The position numbers and the translations under genes were made by a program. From positions 373,488,001-373,552,000 of the forward strand of contig OZ024743.1 of the NCBI GenBank assembly GCA_964016885.1: DNA of 64,000 nt, in the 5' to 3' direction. Of the stretch, positions 16,401 through 30,570 are shown one piece after another (position 1 is the first letter of the stretch; each line of letters opens with the position of its first letter). The notes under the pieces are model-generated. The model did no database searches. It saw nothing but the letters and a program-made list of their open reading frames with translations, and was not told where the DNA came from. The DNA comes from Eledone cirrhosa. Lineage: Eukaryota.

Positions 16401-17590
16401 CACATTACATGTCCATACCTTTGGTCTATCTCTTTCACATTAGATGTCCATACCTTTGGTCTATCTCTTTCACGTTACATGTCCATACCTTTGGTCTATC
16501 TCCTCCACATTACATGTCCATACCTTTGGTCTATCTCTTCCACATTACATGTCCATACCTTTGGTCTATCTCTTCCACATTACATGTCCATACCTTTGGT
16601 CTATCTCTTCCACATTACATGTCCATACCTTTGGTCTATCTCTTTCACATTAGATGTCCATACCTTTGGTCTATCTCTTCCACATTACATGTCCATACCT
16701 TTGATCTATCTCTTTCACATTACATGTCCATACCTTTGGTCTATCTCTTTCACATTACATGTCCATACCTTTGGTCTATCTCTTTCACATTACATGTCCA
16801 TACCTTTGGTCTCTCTCTTCCACATTACATGTCCATACCTTTGGTCTATCTCTTTCACATTACATGTCCATACCTTTGGTCTATCTCTTTCACATTACAT
16901 GCCCATACCTTTGGTCTATCTCTTTCACATTAGATGTCCATACCTTTGGTCTATCTCTTTCACAACATTACATTCCCATACCTTTGGTCTATCTCTTTCA
17001 CATTAGATGTCCATACCTTTAGTCTATCTGTTTCACAACATTACATGCCCATACCTTTGGTCTATCTCTTTCACATTACATGTCCATACCTTTGGTATAT
17101 CTTTCACATTAGATGTCCATACCTTTGGTCTATCTCTTTCATATTACATGCCCATACCTTTGGTCTATCTCTTTCACATTACACGTCCATACCTTTGGTC
17201 TATCTCTTTCACATTACACGTCCATACCTTTGGTCTATCTCTTTCACATTAGATGTCCATACCTTTGGTCTATCTCATTCACAACATTACATTCCCATAC
17301 CTTTGGTCTATCTCTTTCACATTACATGTCCATACCTTTGGTCTATCTCTTTCATATCACATGCCCATCCGTTTTGTCTATCTTTCACGTTAGATGTCCA
17401 TACCTTTGGTCTATCTCTTTCACATTACATGTCCATACCTTTGGTCTATCTCTTTCACATTACATGTCCATACCTTTGGTCTATCTCTTTAACATTAGAT
17501 GTCCATACCTTTGGTCTATCTCTTTCAGAACATTACATGCCCATACCTTTGGTCTATCTCTTTCAGATTAGCTGTCCATTCCTTTGGTCT
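1423..17590. repeat. Higher-order block: a ~6.4-kb unit present as full copy, internally deleted copy (~3.35 kb), full copy
   Basis: Identical variant strings recur at offsets 6407, 3347 and 9754 (ORF-track starts 1446/7853/11200, 3797/13551, 6076/15830, 7180/10527/16934). Rare marker CCCATCCGTTTTG occurs at ~7610, ~10957 and ~17364; CACATGAGATG at ~3574, ~9981 and ~13328. Confidence 0.9.
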
Positions 17591-20500
17591 ATCTTTCACA
17601 TTAGATGTCCATACCTTTGGTCTATCTCTTTCACATTACATGTCCATACCTTTGGTCTATCTCTTTCACATTAGATGTCCATACCTTTGGTCTATCTCTT
17701 TCACAACATTACATGCCCATATCTTTGGTCTATCTCTTTCACAACATTACATGCCCATAGCTTTGGTCTATCTCTTTCACAAGATTACATGTCCATACCT
17801 TTGGTCTATCTCTTTCACAACATTACATGCCCATACCTTTGGTCTATCTCTTTCACAACATTACATGTCCATACCTTTGGTCTATCTCTTTCACAACATT
17901 ACATGCCCATAGCTTTGGTCTATCTCTTTCGCAACACTACATGTCCATACCTTTGATCTATCTCTTTCACATTAGATGTCAATACCTTTGGTCTATCTCT
18001 TTCACATTACATGTCAATACCTTTGGTCTATCTCTTCCACATTACATGTCCATACCTTTGGTATATCTCTTTCACATTACATGTCCATACCTTTGGTCTT
18101 TCTCTTTCACATTAGATGTCCATACCTTTGGTCTATCTCTTTCACATTAGATGTCCATACCTTTGGTCTATCTCTTTCACAACATTACATGCCCATACCT
18201 TTGGTCTATCTCTTTCAAATTACATGTCCATACCTTTGGTCTATCTCTTTCACATTACATGCCCATACCTTTGGTCTATCTCTTTCACATTAGATGTCCA
18301 TACCTTTGGTCTATCTTTCACATTAGATGTCCATACCTTTGGTCTAACTCTTTCACATTACATGTCCATACCTTTCGTCTATCTCTTTCACAACATTACA
18401 TGCCCATAGCTTTGGTCTATCTCTTTCACATTACCTGTCCATACCTTTGGTCTATCTCTTTCACATTAGATGTCCATACCTTTGGTCTATCTCTTTCACA
18501 TTACATGTCCATACCTTTGGTCTATCTCTTCCACATTACATGTCCATACCTTTGGTCTATCTCTTCCACATTACATGTCCATACCTTTGGTCTATCTCTT
18601 TCACATTAGATGTCCATACCTTTGGTCTATCTCTTTCACATTACATGTCCATAACTTTGGTCTATCTCTTCCACATTACATGTCCATACCTTTGGTCTAT
18701 CTCTTTCACATTACATGTCCATACCTTTGGTCTATGTCTCACATTACATGTCCATACATTTGGTCTATCTCTTTCACATTAGATGTCCATAACTTTGGTC
18801 TATCTCTTTCACAACATTACATGCCCATACCTTTGGTCTATCTCTTTCACATTACATGTCCATACCTTTGGTCTATCTCTTTCACATTACATGCCCATAC
18901 CTTGGGTCTATCTCTTTCACATTAGATTTCCATACCTTTGGTCATTCTCTTTCACATTACATGTCCATACTTTTGGTCTATCTCTTTCACATTACATGCC
19001 CATACCTTTGGTCTATCTCTTTCACAACATTACATGCCCATACCTTTGGTCTATCTCTTTCACAACATTACATGCCCATACCTTTGGTCTATCTGTTTAA
19101 CATTAGATGTCGATACCTTTGGTCTATCTGTTTCACAACATTACATGCCCATACCTTTGGTCTATCTCTTTCACATTACATGTCCATACCTTTGGTCTAT
19201 CTTTCACATTAGATGTCCATACCTTTGGTCTATCTCTTTCACATTCCATGTCCATACCTTTGGTCTATCTCTTTCACATTACATGTCCATACCTTTGGTC
19301 TATCTCTTTCACATTACACGTCCATACTTTTGGTCTATCTCTTCCACATTACATGTCCATACCTTTGGTCTATCTCGTTCACATTAGATGTCCATACCTT
19401 TGGTCTATCTCTTTCACATTAGATGTACATACCTTTGGTCTATCTCTTTCACAACATTACATGCCCATACCTTTGGTTTATCTCTTCCACATTACATGTC
19501 CATACCTTTGGTCTATCTCTTTCACATTACATGTCCATACCTTTGGTTTATCTCTTCCACATTTCATGTCCATACCTTTGGTCTATCTCTTTCACATTAC
19601 ATGCCCATACCTTTGGTCTATCTCTTTCACATTACATGTCCATACCTTTGGTATATCTTTTTCACATTACATGTCCATACCTTTGGTCTATCTTTCACAT
19701 TAGATGTCCATACCATTGGTCTATCCCTTTCACATTACATGTCCATACCTTTGGTCTATCTCTTTCACATTACATGTCCATACCTTTGGTCTATCTCTTT
19801 CACATTACATGTCCATAACTTTGGTCTATCTCTTTCACATTACATGTCTATACCTTTGGTCTATCTTTCACATTAGATGTCCATACCAATGGTCTATCTC
19901 TTACACATTACATGTCCATACCTTTGGTCTATCTCTTTCACATTAGAGGTCCATACCTATGGTCTATCTCTTTCACAACATTACATGTCCATACCTTTGG
20001 TCTATCTCTTCCACATTACATGTCCATACCTTTGGTTTATCTCTTCCACATTACATGTCCATACCTTTGGTCTATCTCTTTCACATTACATGTCCATACC
20101 TTTGGTTTATCTCTTTCACATTAGATGTCCATACCTTTGGTCTATCTTTTTCCCAACATTACATGCCCATACCTTTGGTATATCTCTTTCCCAACATTAC
20201 ATGCCCATACCTTTGGTCTATCTCTTTCACATTAGATGTCTATACCTTTGGTCTATCTCTTTCACAACATTACATGTCCATACCTTTGGTCTATCTCTTT
20301 CACATTACATGTCCATACCTTTGGTCTATCTTTCACATTAGATGTCCATACCTTTGGTCTATCTCTTTCACAACATTACATGTCCATACCTTTGGTCTAT
20401 CTCTTTCACATTACATGTCCATACCTTTGGTCTATCTTTCACATTAGATGTCCATACCAATGGTCTATCTCTTTCACATTACATGTCCATACCTTTGGTC

Positions 20501-23500
20501 TATCTCTTTCACAACATTACATCTCCATACCTTTTGGTCTATCTCTTTCACATTACATGTCCATACCTTTGGTCTATCTTTCACATTACATGCCCATACC
20601 TTTGGTCTATCTCTTTCACATTACATGTCCATACCTTTGGTCTATCTCTTTCACAACATTACATGCCCATACCTTTGGTCTATCTTTCACATTAGATATC
20701 CATACCTTTGGTCTATCTCTTTCACAGCATTACATGTCCATACCTTTGGTCTATCTCTTTCACATTGCATGTCCATACCTTTGGTCTATCTCTTTCACAA
20801 CATTACATGTCCATACCTTTGGTCTATCTCTTTCACATTACATGCCCATACCTTTGGTCTATCTCTTTCACATTACATTTCCATACCTTTGGTCTATCTC
20901 TTTCACATTACATGTCCATACCTTTGGTCTATCTCTTTCACATTACATGCCCATACCTTGGGTCTATCTCTTTCACATTACATTTCCATACCTTTGGTCA
21001 TTCTCTTTCACATTACATGTCCATACTTTTGGTCTATCTCTTTCACATTACATGCCCATACCTTTGGTCTATCTCTTTCACAACATTACATGCCCATACC
21101 TTTGGTCTATCTCTTTCACAACATTACATGCCCATACCTTTGGTCTATCTGTTTAACATTAGATGTCGATACCTTTGGTCTATCTGTTTCACAACATTAC
21201 ATGCTCATACCTTTGGTCTATCTCTTTCACATTACATGTCCATACCTTTGGTCTATCTTTCACATTAGATGTCCATACCTTTGGTCTATCTCTTTCACAT
21301 TCCATGTCCATACCTTTGGTCTTTCTCTTTCACATTACATGTCCGTACCTTTGGTCTATCTCTTTCACATTAGATGTTCATACCTATTGTCTATCTCTTT
21401 TACAACATTACATGTCCATACCTTTGGTCTATCTCTTTCACATTACACGTTCATACTTTTGGTCTATCTGTTCCACATTACATATCCATACCTTTGGTCT
21501 ATCTCGTTCACATTAGATGTCCATACCTTTGGTCTATCTCTTTCACATTAGATGTCCATACCTTTGGTCTATCTCTTTCACAACATTACATGCCCATACC
21601 TTTGGTCTATCTCTTTCACATTACATGTCCATACCTTTGGTCTATCTCTTTCACATTACATGCCCATACCTTTGGTCTATCTCTTTCACATTAGATGTCC
21701 ATACCTTTGGTCTATCTTTCACATTAGATGTCCATACCTTTGGTCTATCTCTTTCACATTACATGTTCATACCTTTGGTCTATCTCTTTCACATTACATG
21801 CCCATACCTTTGGTCTATCTCTTTCACATTACATGCCCATACCTTTGGTTTATCTCTTCCACATTACATGTCCATACCTTTGGTCTATCTCTTTCACATT
21901 ACATGTCCATACCTTTGGTTTATCTCTTCCACATTTCATGTCCATACCTTTGGTCTATCTCTTTCACATTACATGTCCATACCTTTGGTCTATCTCTTTC
22001 ACATTACATGTCCATACCTTTGGTCTATCTCTTTAACATTAGATGTCCATACCTTTGGTCTATCTCTTTCAGAACATTACATGCCCATACCTTTGGTCTA
22101 TCTCTTTCACATTAGCTGTCCATTCCTTTGGTCTATCTTTCACATTAGATGTCCATACCTTTGGTCTATCTCTTTCACATTACATGTCCATACCTTTGGT
22201 CTATCTCTTTCACATTACATGTCCATACCTTTGGTCTATCTCTTTCACATTAGATGTCCATACCTTTGGTCTATCTCTTTCACAACATTACATGCCCATA
22301 TCTTTGGTCTATCTCTTTCACAACATTACATGCCCATAGCTTTGGTCTATCTCTTTCACAAGATTACATGTCCATACCTTTGGTCTATCTCTTTCACAAC
22401 ATTACATGCCCATACCTTTGGTCTATCTCTTTCACAACATTACATGTCCATACCTTTGGTCTATCTCTTTCACAACATTACATGCCCATAGCTTTGGTCT
22501 ATCTCTTTCGCAACACTACATGTCCATACCTTTGATCTATCTCTTTCACATTAGATGTCAATACCTTTGGTCTATCTCTTTCACATTACATGTCAATACC
22601 TTTGGTCTATCTCTTCCACATTACATGTCCATACCTTTGGTATATCTCTTTCACATTACATGTCCATACCTTTGGTCTTTCTCTTTCACATTAGATGTCC
22701 ATACCTTTGGTCTATCTCTTTCACATTAGATGTCCATACCTTTGGTCTATCTCTTTCACAACATTACATGCCCATACCTTTGGTCTATCTCTTTCAAATT
22801 ACATGTCCATACCTTTGGTCTATCTCTTTCACATTACATGCCCATACCTTTGGTCTATCTCTTTCACATTAGATGTCCATACCTTTGGTCTATCTTTCAC
22901 ATTAGATGTCCATACCTTTGGTCTAACTCTTTCACATTACATGTCCATACCTTTCGTCTATCTCTTTCACAACATTACATGCCCATAGCTTTGGTCTATC
23001 TCTTTCGCAACACTACATGTCCATACCTTTGGTCTATATCTTTCACATTACCTGTCCATACCTTTGGTCTATCTCTTTCACATTAGATGTCCATACCTTT
23101 GGTCTATCTCTTTCACATTACATGTCCATACCTTTGGTCTATCTCTTCCACATTACATGTCCATACCTTTGGTCTATCTCTTTCACATTACATGTCCATA
23201 CCTTTGGTCTATGTCTCACATTACATGTCCATACATTTGGTCTATCTCTTTCACATTAGATGTCCATACCTTTGGTCCATCTCTTTCACAACATTACATG
23301 CCCATACCTTTGGTCTATCTCTTTCACATTACATGTCCATACCTTTGGTCTATCTCTTTCACGTTACATGCCCATACCTTGGGTCTATCTCTTTCACATT
23401 AGATTTCCATACCTTTGGTCATTCTCTTTCACATTACATGTCCATACTTTTGGTCTATCTCTTTCACATTACATGCCCATACCTTTGGTCTATCTCTTTC

Positions 23501-26500
23501 ACAACATTACATGCCCATACCTTTGGTCTATCTCGTTCACAACATTACATGCCCATACCTTTGGTCTATCTGTTTAACATTAGATGTCGATACCTTTGGT
23601 CTATCTGTTTCACAACATTACATGCCCATACCTTTGGTCTATCTCTTTCACATTACATGTCCATACCTTTGGTCTATCTTTCACATTAGATGTCCATACC
23701 TTTGGTCTATCTCTTTCACATTCCATGTCCATACCTTTGGTCTATCTCTTTCACATTACATGTCCATACCTTTGGTCTATCTCTTTCACATTACACGTCC
23801 ATACTTTTGGTCTATCTCTTCCACATTACATGTCCATACCTTTGGTCTATCTCGTTCACATTAGATGTCCATACCTTTGGTCTATCTCTTTCACATTAGA
23901 TGTACATACCTTTGGTCTATCTCTTTCACAACATTACATGCCCATACCTTTGGTTTATCTCTTCCACATTACATGTCCATACCTTTGGTCTATCTCTTTC
24001 ACATTACATGTCCATACCTTTGGTTTATCTCTTCCACATTTCATGTCCATACCTTTGGTCTATCTCTTTCACATTACATGCCCATACCTTTGGTCTATCT
24101 CTTTCACATTACATGTCCATACCTTTGGTATATCTTTTTCACATTACATGTCCATACCTTTGGTCTATCTTTCACATTAGATGTCCATACCATTGGTCTA
24201 TCCCTTTCACATTACATGTCCATACCTTTGGTCTATCTCTTTCACATTACATGTCCATACCTTTGGTCTATCTCTTTCACATTACATGTCCATAACTTTG
24301 GTCTATCTCTTTCACATTACATGTCTATACCTTTGGTCTATCTTTCACATTAGATGTCCATACCAATGGTCTATCTCTTACACATTACATGTCCATACCT
24401 TTGGTCTATCTCTTTCACATTAGAGGTCCATACCTATGGTCTATCTCTTTCACAACATTACATGTCCATACCTTTGGTCTATCTCTTCCACATTACATGT
24501 CCATACCTTTGGTTTATCTCTTCCACATTACATGTCCATACCTTTGGTCTATCTCTTTCACATTACATGTCCATACCTTTGGTTTATCTCTTTCACATTA
24601 GATGTCCATACCTTTGGTCTATCTTTTTCCCAACATTACATGCCCATACCTTTGGTATATCTCTTTCCCAACATTACATGCCCATACCTTTGGTCTATCT
24701 CTTTCACATTAGATGTCTATACCTTTGGTCTATCTCTTTCACAACATTACATGTCCATACCTTTGGTCTATCTCTTTCACATTACATGTCCATACCTTTG
24801 GTCTATCTTTCACATTAGATGTCCATACCTTTGGTCTATCTCTTTCACAACATTACATGTCCATACCTTTGGTCTATCTCTTTCACATTACATGTCCATA
24901 CCTTTGGTCTATCTTTCACATTAGATGTCCATACCAATGGTCTATCTCTTTCACATTACATGTCCATACCTTTGGTCTATCTCTTTCACAACATTACATC
25001 TCCATACCTTTTGGTCTATCTCTTTCACATTACATGTCCATACCTTTGGTCTATCTTTCACATTACATGCCCATACCTTTGGTCTATCTCTTTCACATTA
25101 CATGTCCATACCTTTGGTCTATCTCTTTCACAACATTACATGCCCATACCTTTGGTCTATCTTTCACATTAGATATCCATACCTTTGGTCTATCTCTTTC
25201 ACAGCATTACATGTCCATACCTTTGGTCTATCTCTTTCACATTGCATGTCCATACCTTTGGTCTATCTCTTTCACAACATTACATGTCCATACCTTTGGT
25301 CTATCTCTTTCACATTACATGCCCATACCTTTGGTCTATCTCTTTCACATTACATTTCCATACCTTTGGTCTATCTTTTTCACATTACATGTCCATACCT
25401 TTGGTCTATCTCTTTCACATTACATGCCCATACCTTGGGTCTATCTCTTTCACATTACATTTCCATACCTTTGGTCATTCTCTTTCACATTACATGTCCA
25501 TACTTTTGGTCTATCTCTTTCACATTACATGCCCATACCTTTGGTCTATCTCTTTCACAACATTACATGCCCATACCTTTGGTCTATCTCTTTCACATTC
25601 CATGTCCATACCTTTGGTCTTTCTCTTTCACATTACATGTCCGTACCTTTGGTCTATCTCTTTCACATTAGATGTTCATACCTATTGTCTATCTCTTTTA
25701 CAACATTACATGTCCATACCTTTGGTCTATCTCTTTCACATTACACGTTCATACTTTTGGTCTATCTGTTCCACATTACATATCCATACCTTTGGTCTAT
25801 CTCGTTCACATTAGATGTCCATACCTTTGGTCTATCTCTTTCACATTAGATGTCCATACCTTTGGTCTATCTCTTTCACAACATTACATGCCCATACCTT
25901 TGGTCTATCTCTTTCACATTACATGTCCATACCTTTGGTCTATCTCTTTCACATTACATGCCCATACCTTTGGTCTATCTCTTTCACATTAGATGTCCAT
26001 ACCTTTGGTCTATCTTTCACATTAGATGTCCATACCTTTGGTCTATCTCTTTCACATTACATGTTCATACCTTTGGTCTATCTCTTTCACATTACATGCC
26101 CATACCTTTGGTCTATCTCTTTCACATTACATGCCCATACCTTTGGTTTATCTCTTCCACATTACATGTCCATACCTTTGGTCTATCTCTTTCACATTAC
26201 ATGTCCATACCTTTGGTTTATCTCTTCCACATTTCATGTCCATACCTTTGGTCTATCTCTTTCACATTACATGTCCATACCTTTGGTCTATCTCTTTCAC
26301 ATTACATGTCCATACCTTTGGTCTATCTCTTTAACATTAGATGTCCATACCTTTGGTCTATCTCTTTCAGAACATTACATGCCCATACCTTTGGTCTATC
26401 TCTTTCACATTAGCTGTCCATTCCTTTGGTCTATCTTTCACATTAGATGTCCATACCTTTGGTCTATCTCTTTCACATTACATGTCCATACCTTTGGTCT

Positions 26501-29500
26501 ATCTCTTTCGCATTACATGTCCATACCTTTGGTCTATCTCTTTCACATTAGATGTCCATACCTTTGGTCTATCTCTTTCACAACATTACATGCCCATATC
26601 TTTGGTCTATCTCTTTCACAACATTACATGCCCATAGCTTTGGTCTATCTCTTTCACAAGATTACATGTCCATACCTTTGGTCTATCTCTTTCACAACAT
26701 TACATGCCCATACCTTTGGTCTATCTCTTTCACAACATTACATGTCCATACCTTTGGTCTATCTCTTTCACAACATTACATGCCCATAGCTTTGGTCTAT
26801 CTCTTTCGCAACACTACATGTCCAAACCTTTGATCTATCTCTTTCACATTAGATGTCAATACCTTTGGTCTATCTCTTTCACATTACATGTCAATACCTT
26901 TGGTCTATCTCTTCCACATTACATGTCCATACCTTTGGTATATCTCTTTCACATTACATGTCCATACCTTTGGTCTTTCTCTTTCACATTAGATGTCCAT
27001 ACCTTTGGTCTATCTCTTTCACATTAGATGTCCATACCTTTGGTCTATCTCTTTCACAACATTACATGCCCATACCTTTGGTCTATCTCTTTCAAATTAC
27101 ATGTCCATACCTTTGGTCTATCTCTTTCACATTACATGCCCATACCTTTGGTCTATCTTTCACATTAGATGTCCATACCTTTGGTCTAACTCTTTCACAT
27201 TACATGTCCATACCTTTCGTCTATCTCTTTCACAACATTACATGCCCATAGCTTTGGTCTATCTCTTTCGCAACACTACATGTCCATACCTTTGGTCTAT
27301 ATCTTTCACATTACCTGTCCATACCTTTGGTCTATCTCTTTCACATTAGATGTCCATACCTTTGGTCTATCTCTTTCACATTACATGTCCATACCTTTGG
27401 TCTATCTCTTCCACATTACATGTCCATACCTTTGGTCTATCTCTTTCACATTACATGTCCATACCTTTGGTCTATGTCTCACATTACATGTCCATACATT
27501 TGGTCTATCTCTTTCACATTAGATGTCCATACCTTTGGTCCATCTCTTTCACAACATTACATGCCCATACCTTTGGTCTATCTCTTTCACATTACATGTC
27601 CATACCTTTGGTCTATCTCTTTCACGTTACATGCCCATACCTTGGGTCTATCTCTTTCACATTAGATTTCCATACCTTTGGTCATTCTCTTTCACATTAC
27701 ATGTCCATACTTTTGGTCTATCTCTTTCACATTACATGCCCATACCTTTGGTCTATCTCTTTCACAACATTACATGCCCATACCTTTGGTCTATCTCGTT
27801 CACAACATTACATGCCCATACCTTTGGTCTATCTGTTTAACATTAGATGTCGATACCTTTGGTCTATCTGTTTCACAACATTACATGCCCATACCTTTGG
27901 TCTATCTCTTTCACATTACATGTCCATACCTTTGGTCTATCTTTCACATTAGATGTCCATACCTTTGGTCTATCTCTTTCACATTCCATGTCCATACCTT
28001 TGGTCTATCTCTTTCACATTACATGTCCATACCTTTGGTCTATCTCTTTCACATTAGATGTTCATACCTATTGTCTATCTCTTTCACAACATTACATGTC
28101 CATACCTTTGGTCTATCTCTTTCACATTACACGTCCATACTTTTGGTCTATCTCTTCCACATTACATGTCCATACCTTTGGTCTATCTCGTTCACATTAG
28201 ATGTCCATACCTTTGGTCTATCTCTTTCACATTAGATGTCCATACCTTTGGTCTATCTCTTTCACATTACATGTCCATACCTTTGGTTTATCTCTTCCAC
28301 ATTTCATGTCCATACCTTTGGTCTATCTCTTTCACATTACATGCCCATACCTTTGGTCTATCTCTTTCACATTACATGTCCATACCTTTGGTATATCTTT
28401 TTCACATTACATGTCCATACCTTTGGTCTATCTTTCACATTAGATGTCCATACCATTGGTCTATCTCTTTCACATTACATGTCCATACCTTTGGTCTATC
28501 TCTTTCACATTACATGTCCATACCTTTGGTCTATCTCTTTCACATTACATGTCCATACCTTTGGTCTATCTCTTTCACATTACATGTCCATACCTTTGGT
28601 CTATCTTTCACATTAGATGTCCACACCAATGGTCTATCTCTTTCACATTACATGTCCATACCTTTGGTCTATCTCTTTCACATTAGAGGTCCATACCTAT
28701 GGTCTATCTCTTTCACAACATTACATGTCCATACCTTTGGTCTATCTCTTCCACATTACATGTCCATACCTTTGGTTTATCTCTTCCACATTACATGTCC
28801 ATACCTTTGGTCTATCTCTTTCACATTACATGTCCATACCTTTGGTTTATCTCTTTCACATTAGATGTCCATACCTTTGGTCTATCTTTTTCCCAACATT
28901 ACATGCCCATACCTTTGGTATATCTCTTTCCCAACATTACATGCCCATACCTTTGGTCTATCTCTTTCACATTAGATGTCTATACCTTTGGTCTATCTCT
29001 TTCACAATATTACATGTCCATACCTTTGGTCTATCTCTTTCACATTACATGTCCATACCTTTGGTCTATCTTTCACATTAGATGTCCATACCTTTGGTCT
29101 ATCTCTTTCACAACATTACATGTCCATACCTTTGGTCTATCTCTTTCACATTACATGTCCATACCTTTGGTCTATCTTTCACATTAGATGTCCATACCAA
29201 TGGTCTATCTCTTTCACATTACATGTCCATACCTTTGGTCTATCTCTTTCACAACATTACATCTCCATACCTTTTGGTCTATCTCTTTCACATTACATGT
29301 CCATACCTTTGGTCTATCTTTCACATTACATGTCCATACCTTTGGTCTATCTCTTTCACATTACATGTCCATACCTTTGGTCTATCTCTTTCACAACATT
29401 ACATGCCCATACCTTTGGTCTATCTTTCACATTAGATATCCATACCTTTGGTCTATCTCTTTCACATTAGATGTCCATACCTTTGGTCTATCTCTTTCAC

Positions 29501-30570
29501 ATTAGATGTCCATACCTTTGGTCTATCTCTTTCACAGCATTACATGTCCATACCTTTGGTCTATCTCTTTCACATTGCATGTCCATACCTTTGGTCTATC
29601 TCTTTCACAACATTACATGTCCATACCTTTGGTCTATCTCTTTCACATTACATGCACATACCTTTGGTCTATCTCTTTCACATTACATTTCCATACCTTT
29701 GGTCTATCTCTTGCACATTACATGTCCATACCTTTGGTCTATCTCTTTCACATTACATGCCCATACCTTGGGTCTATCTCTTTCACATTACATTTCCATA
29801 CCTTTGGTCATTCTCTTTCACATTACATGTCCATACTTTTGGTCTATCTCTTTCACATTACATGCCCATACCTTTGGTCTATCTCTTTCACAACATTACA
29901 TGCCCATACCTTTGGTCTATCTCTTTCACAACATTACATGCCCATACCTTTGGTATATCTCTTCCACATTACATGTCCATACCTTTGGTCTATCTCTTCC
30001 ACATTACATGTCCATACCTTTGGTCTATCTCTTTCACATTAGATGTCCATACCTTTGGTCTATCTCTTCCACATTACATGTCCATACCTTTGGTCTATCT
30101 TTCACATTAGATGTCCATACCTTTGGTCTATCTCTTTCACATTCCATTCCATACCTTTGGTCTTTCTCTTTCACATTACATGTCCATACCTTTGGTCTAT
30201 CTCTTTCACATTAGATGTTCATACCTATTGTCTATCTCTTTCACAACATTACATGTCCATACCTTTGGTCTATCTCTTTCACATTACACGTCCATACTTT
30301 TGGTCTATCTCTTCCACATTACATGTCCATACCTTTGGTCTATCTCGTTCACATTAGATGTCCATACCTTTGGTCTATCTCTTTCACATTAGATGTCCAT
30401 ACCTTTGGTCTATCTCTTTCACAACATTACATGCCCATACCTTTGGTCTATCTCTTTCACATTACATGTCCATACCTTTGGTCTATCTCTTTCACATTAC
30501 ATGCCCATACCTTTGGTCTATCTCTTTCACATTATATGTCCATACCTTTGGTCTATCTTTCACATTAGAT
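17450..30570. repeat. Higher-order block: a ~4.3-4.6-kb unit in about three copies
   Basis: Matching variant strings at 17675/22254/26552, 19107/23584, 20236/24713/28976 and 21517/25815. Offsets of 4579, 4477, 4298 and 4263 differ by whole monomers. Boundaries are approximate. Confidence 0.85.
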
